The notes below the pieces were generated by a model. That model was not told the DNA's origin and searched no databases. It saw only the letters and a list, made by a program, of their open reading frames with translations. A stretch of DNA of 61,460 bases, counting the filler. It is 13 parts of 13 records of this genome, joined end to end, with 100 filler letters (N's around TTAATTAATTAA, not from the genome) between each part and the next. Parts side by side here need not be neighbours in the genome. Positions count along the whole stretch, not along the records: positions 50,976 to 58,242 come from SRR15195285_5753; positions 58,343 to 61,460 come from SRR15195285_5756; 11 more parts are not named here. One strand, written 5' to 3'. Made by a program: the position numbers and the translations under genes. Positions 55,731 through 61,460 of the stretch are shown here, piece after piece (the first letter of the stretch is position 1; each line of letters opens with the position of its first letter).

Positions 55731-57968
55731 TTTCCAATGGCTTGCTTTCCCTTGGGTGCGCGTTTCGGTGTCGCCAAAACTTCTGCCTTGGTCGACCAGA
55801 TCGATCCCATTGTCCACACGTTGGCCTGTACCTCGATCGATGCGCTGGCGTTGTTGCAAATTGTTGCCCCCCCACGAACGGTGCCAGGTGGCAATGGCAC
55901 AGGGGTATGCGTATGGGCCTCATTTACGGTTGCACTACCAGTCGTGACACTGCGTCCACCTTGCCAGTAGACCTCGACAACCGAGATGTCGGTGAATATC
56001 TCAACAGTCACCTCAGTCTCGTTTGTCAGGAGCCACAACTGTCCGTTTTTCCCATTCACTGTAGTGGTGACGTTGTACTTTCCGGCGGCACGTTGAGCAG
56101 CAGTCGGTGCTGTGTAATTCACTCCAACAAAAACACCGTTCGAACAAGCAGATAGGTTGCCTTCAGTCCCGTCAGCGGGCACAATTCCCATGGTGGCGAC
56201 CCCGAACATTCCAGTCAGAGTTAGCCCCTTCGGCAACTGAAAAGTAACCATGGCGTCGGAGGCGTTGCCGGCTGCCTGGTTGAAGAGTGGGAGCTCTTGC
56301 CAAGATTTGACCGACGTCTCGCCAATCGAGGCCACGGGTGTTCCCGAGCGCAGCTCCCGCAGCTCGTGGACAGGGGACTGCACAATAAGCTGAAGTCGCG
56401 GATCGTACGTCAAGTCGCGTGGCAAGGACTTGCCGGAGGTCATTGACCAGCCCCACAGAACACGGCGCTGGTGTTTTGCATCCCAAAAGTCCTTGGACGC
56501 TGCGGCAAGAAGCACCACACAGCTGCAAGGTTAAGAACGAAGTCCTGGCGTAATACGTGGTGGTTTAAACTCAAAGGAGGCAGAGCATGGCAAAATGCGC
56601 GACCATAATTACCGTAGAATCCACCATAGTCGACCAAGTTATCCCCAGACACCTTCCCATCAGTTCCGTCTCCCGTGCACGGGTTCGACACCAGAACCTT
56701 CCGATCTTTGCCAGTTTTCCCGTTGTCTACCTCTTGTTTGCACGGGAACGGCACCCCGGGCGTCGCAGTAAAAGTGCCACCAGTCGCATTCAATGGGTCG
56801 GTGAGAGGCCGCCCATCGGTAAAAGTTCCAAGGATGAATTTGTCGGTGAGACGACATTGTGGATCGGGGCACTTGCCACGCTTGAACACGTGGGACGGCA
56901 ACTGCTCGCCTGGTGCAACGGAGGTTCCTGGGGTCAGCCGGGGCAAAGGAAACAGCGACGGACATTCTCCACCGGTGAAGTTTGCAACTGTACCAACGCC
57001 AGTCCACGGGCCACTAAGCTTGGGCGCAGCGAAGATCGGGCATTCGCCGCGGCCCTTGCCATTCCCAAGGAACCGCCATTCGCCACTGGCGGTTTTCCAT
57101 GCACTGCTCGGATCGTCACTTGTTCTATTTACGATTGGATTGTAAGCAGGCTTAGTCCAATTCGTGAGGAAGGGGTCGCCTTTTCGGTCAGCTGGAATAG
57201 CCTGCGCGTAGGTGGTACCAGTCTCGCAGCCGACGTGGGCGAGGGGATTTGGCGGGACACCAGGCTTCTTCGGGTGACCAGGAGAGCCCTGCGCAGCATT
57301 TGCACATACAGAGCATCTCCGGTCACTCAATGGATATTGTCATACCGTAGCGCTACCACGTACATACTCCTACCTGCCGGTAGCTCTATGGCTTGCAGCG
57401 CAATTCCTACCGGCGGTGGTGGGCAAAGCCCGGGATACGTAATAATCGGGTCCCCAGACTCATCGAATGTCGCGCTGCCACTGAAGATCGCATTCGAGTC
57501 ATACCACTGGTCGTTCCAGATTGCGACTGGCAAAGTTGTCCACCTCACGAAATCGCGGGACGCCCAGTGCCCCCAAACCGGGCCGGACCCACCAGGCTGC
57601 GACAGGTGATCTTGAAAGAACACGTGGTACATATCGTGCTCTGCGTCGTACATCACACCATTGGGGTCGTTTTCTCCACATCCTGAGCGCGTATGCAGGT
57701 GATAAACTGGCCCGCCTACAGGTGCGGGCCCACAGTGCTCAAACCCCGGTCCACAGGGCCGAGAGCCGACGCATGTTTCAGTGCAGTGGCAATGCCCCTG
57801 CTTCGGCATCGGGTTGCACGGCACACATGTGCACGAGGTGGGTGCTGGAGCTTGCGCAGTACAGTTCGCGTCAATGCCGCGCGGGGCCGCGAGTAGTAGG
57901 AGGAGGAGCAGCAGCAGTAGCGGTGGCTGGTTCACACGAGCAAGTGAGAGGCGACTTGTCAATGTCAT
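55727..57968 (-). CDS. Secreted glycoside hydrolase family 32 (beta-fructofuranosidase-like); introns 57289-57410 and 56500-56612
   Basis: Signal peptide, ENDPNG, HVFFQ, WGHWASRD, IFSGSA, ECP, DYGGFY|ASKDF, SLPR, DISVVEVY. Confidence 0.9.
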
Positions 57969-58242
57969 CACGCGCACGCGGGTGGCGGCAGGTCCACGCG
58001 CGCCGGTAGCAATTTGGTGTTCCTGTTCGCGTGCACGGGGACCCACGCCGGTGGCCTCGCTCTGGCCATGCACGCATGTGGGTTACCTGTATATACTAGT
58101 ACGTGCATGCACTCGATGCATTTTTAACATTTTAAAAACAACCGATACTCACACATCTAGAGCGGATCACATCCGCATGCATGCACAAGAACACACTAAA
58201 ACACACTATGACCGGCCGAACTAGTCAGCCGTCCCACGATCA

Positions 58243-58342
58243 NNNNNNNNNNNNNNNNNNNNNNNNNNNNNNNNNNNNNNNNNNNNTTAATTAATTAANN
58301 NNNNNNNNNNNNNNNNNNNNNNNNNNNNNNNNNNNNNNNNNN
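58243..58342. other. Artificial contig linker
   Basis: N44-TTAATTAATTAA-N44. Confidence 0.99.
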
Positions 58343-58459
58343 CGATCAAATCACATTGTACTTAAACGCTACGTGGTCGTGCGTGCATGGCACCGCGCGC
58401 GCGTGGCATCGCGATCGCGCGATCGCGACCGGCGCCGGGCGTGCGTCGCGCGAACGAAG

Positions 58460-59728
58460 ATGTCTGCAGCTCAGCGAAGGGTGGACAAGCGGCGGCAGCG
58501 CGTTCGCCTTGCTCGGCTCGGCTCGCAGCTGATTGCTCCTGCAGCAGCAACACCGCGCAGCGTCCTTTCCAGGAGCTACTCTCGTTGGCGCTCTACGCCA
58601 GGCTGCTTGAGCACTGGCACGTCGACGACGGGGGGAGCAGAGCGCCGGCGCCGGCGCCCAGTCCTGATTCAAGGCCCGATGCCAATTGAAGCGCAGTATT
58701 TCGCTGCGCAACTCGACAATGTAACGGTCGAGCACGTGGCGAATTTCGCTTATCATCTGGGCGAGCTGGGTGGCTACCCAGTGTGTGTATGCAAAACAGC
58801 AAAAGGTATGGAGAACACTGCCGCGTCGACGGCCGTGGCGATGGAGCGTTATGAGCCGATAGCCATCATCAACCAGGGCACATCGGGTGGCCACGATCCA
58901 TCGCTGCACGTTGGCGACATCGTGCTCGGCAAGCGAGTCTTGAACATCGGTATGTTCGACGCGATTGTCTATGGCTATGAGAGACTGCCCTCCGCTAACT
59001 GCAAACTGATTCGTAGGGAACCTCAAGACGCCCACGCGAGCATTGGGCGAGGGCAGTGATCCTTTCAGCTGGATTCCGATGGATATCATGGCAAGCGAAG
59101 GCTCCGCGGGAGAAGACCCAGGTCTGCCATCTTTGGGCGCCACGCCAACTGGCTAAATTGATTGCCTTGCCAGCTGTTGCTGCTCGATTGAGTGTCTGTC
59201 ACTGCCTCAGATGCCGAGCAGGCTCGATACTATGAGGGGAGCGCCGAGCTGCTGACCTCGGCACACGCAGTCAAAAGCGAATACGGGCGGGGCAAGGTCG
59301 TGGAGGGAACCATCGCGTCGGCCAACTTCTGGAACTCTGAGGTTGACCGAATCAATTGGTTTCACAACACGTTCGGTAAGGTTTCTCCGCCAGAAACAAC
59401 TGATCTGTGTGGCACACGACATGACATCGCCACAAATGATTCTGCTAGTGTAGGGCTATAGCCTAAGTTAAACAGCACATATTATCGTTCACGAAACCTT
59501 CGACCTGATGGTTTTGTGCGCGCAGGCACGAGTGTCGAGGAAATGGAGGGCGCAGCTGCGGCAATGATGGCTGAAGCTTTTGGTGTCCCAATGTTAGCCA
59601 TCCGCGTCTTGTCCAACAATCTGACCAATGGTGGGGGCTATGATCCATCCACTGCTCGTGACTGCCAGAAGTACACCCTCCGAGTTGTCCAGCACTTCAT
59701 CTCCACCCTGGAGGTGAATGACGAATGA
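58460..59728 (+). CDS. mtnN: 5'-methylthioadenosine/S-adenosylhomocysteine nucleosidase, bacterial type; introns 58950-59016, 59122-59210, 59376-59525
   Basis: IQGPMPIE, KGMENTAA, IINQGTSGG, GDIVLG, GTIASANFW, EEMEGAA, LAIRVLSNN. Confidence 0.88.
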
Positions 59729-59803
59729 ACACACTCTGACGTGACTGGTGGTCACATTGTGAGAAAGCCTTTCGATTCACAAAATGTGTAAAATACAACT
59801 TGA

Positions 59804-61367
59804 TCACATCGCAGCCCGCTGCCCATTGTGTTGACGCAAGGATGGACGGCCATCTAGTGCCGCTGCTACCCACGGCGCGACAGCTGCGAGCGCTGCCGGG
59901 ACGTTGCGTGGTTCACCCAAAGATGTCATCCAAAATTGATCTCGGGCAGGCCCACCTGGTAAACCCTCGGACACTCTGTGCCCCCAGTGGTCGACATCCT
60001 CTGCTACGAACTCCTGGCCTCGATCGATCCCTTCGCGTGGTGTTTGCGCAGTCAACTGGGCCTCCGCATCACTACAAAATGTTTGTTTGCCGAATTCACC
60101 ACTGCTACTGGTCTCGACGCGAGCCCCGCCTGCGGTCACATTGCCGGACGGGTTGGCAGTGCTGCACCAGCCGAGGCAGATCATGTGACGTGGGAGAGAA
60201 GTGTTGTTTGGTTGTCCGCTGACATAATTATTCACAACGACACATCGAACACGTTTTCAGAATGCTCGGTCCTAACGAAAACCAACCACGCATTCATTGC
60301 ATTAAGATTATGTTCCACGCACCGGTGCCAGACCCGCAGCTCCCTGAACGCCACCCCACCTTTCGGCACTTCGATCTGCACAGGCGGAGCAACCTCCCGT
60401 TGTTCTTCGATCAGCTCGGCTGAGATTCCGTTAGCAGACTTCTCAACAAGATGTGACCCAGGCCATACCTAGTGTTCCATTCGGGGTGGCCGGCCAAGCA
60501 TCATTTAGTGAGGCCGTGCACCGACAGACGGTTACGTGCCTAGATGTCGTTCGAAGGCAGGCTCGCTCACCTCTGTGCTTCCATTTGCTGCTATCATGTC
60601 ATCGACACCAAAGTTGACGGAGAGCATATAAGCCGGATGGGGCCACGCTACGCCGGCCTGATCTGCCTCTGCCTTGTTCTTCACAGACCAGCCTCCACCA
60701 TCTGCGTGCAGGGGCTGGATGCCACTTCCAGGACACGCAGTGTTCCCACACCAATATCGGCAGTAAGCAGGGCCGAGAAAGCGCCGGACGCACTGCTCGA
60801 TAATTGGGTTCGATAGCATTTCGGGAAAGCTGTACTCGGTACTGCGGGGGAGCCCAACCTCGAGGTGCCTCCCACCTACGCCCCCGAACGTGTCGTCGCT
60901 CTCGCCACTAGCTCCACGGCCACTCTCCACGCCGTACCCATGAAGAATCATTCGCGCCGCATCGTAGTCTAGCTTGGCGGCTGCAGCATCGAGAACCGCG
61001 TGCGGAATTACGTTCGCCAGCGTGACCACGCCGTCCGTGGCTGCGGCAGACAGCATCACACGTGAGTACCATTTATGCGAGCACAGCTACTATGAGCATA
61101 GTACACGTGTAGTCACGCCAGTTCTACGAGCTGCGTGGGACGTTTTCCATTCCGCAGGGGAATGAGCGAAGGACTGTCGGCTGACGCCCTGTTCCACTGA
61201 CCAAATGCGGCTGCCATTGCCGAGAGCTTCTCCTCATCGATCTCACCAGCTGCGGCTTCCTCGGCCGTCACCACTTCTGCCAAGAGGACCATTCCGGCGC
61301 CGCCGTCGGTCGTGCTGGCGGCAGTCAGGGCTTGCGCAAGGCGCCTTATGCGTTCCACTGAGTGCAT
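59804..61367 (-). CDS. PhyH-family Fe/2OG dioxygenase, multi-exon
   Basis: F|ATDGVVTLANVI, NPIIEQCV, QPLHAD, NGSTE|VWPGSH, PKGGVAFRELRVWHR, PRHMI. Confidence 0.85.
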
Positions 61368-61460
61368 GCATGGTGACCGACCGCGCCCCCCCCGCCGCCC
61401 GTACTCTACCCGATAATAGTACGTGTACACGAAATTATGCAGGAATTGGATTCGTCACAG

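Noticed and set aside
4398-58342. Twelve identical TTAATTAATTAA motifs as a biological repeat
   Set aside because: Always centred in N44 flanks; a synthetic six-frame-stop joiner. Gene clusters spanning linkers are therefore not real.

Overview
This window is not one locus. It is 13 unrelated contig fragments joined by 12 identical 100-nt artificial linkers (N44-TTAATTAATTAA-N44, stops in all six frames), so adjacency across a linker has no biological meaning. The DNA is nuclear DNA of a gene-dense, GC-rich unicellular eukaryote: it has short canonical GT-AG introns, a spliceosomal helicase (PRP16/DHX38) and ciliary genes (CFAP20DC, a SHIPPO/ODF3-like protein). It is probably a flagellated protist SAG/MAG; I cannot assign the taxon. 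About 25 full or partial protein genes are supported. I found no rRNA, tRNA, CRISPR array or transposase. Most notable observations: (1) a bacterial-type MetF/MTHFR-like enzyme with an inserted EF-hand and an MGCGAS acylation motif, one of several EF-hand grafts in the window; (2) a four-domain voltage-gated channel with an unusual D/E/E/Q filter and an N-terminal IQ motif, next to a calmodulin-like gene; (3) a TKL kinase with about 320 extra residues inside its activation segment; (4) a 4.97-kb contig bounded by a perfect 30-bp terminal inverted repeat; (5) a GPR155/LYCHOS homologue without DEP, and a candidate GRL/7TM ion channel; (6) an intron-containing bacterial-type MTA/SAH nucleosidase with a PTS2 motif; (7) a SnoaL-ZnF-degenerate pseudouridine synthase fusion. 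All family calls come from motifs recognised by eye and need HMM or structure confirmation.
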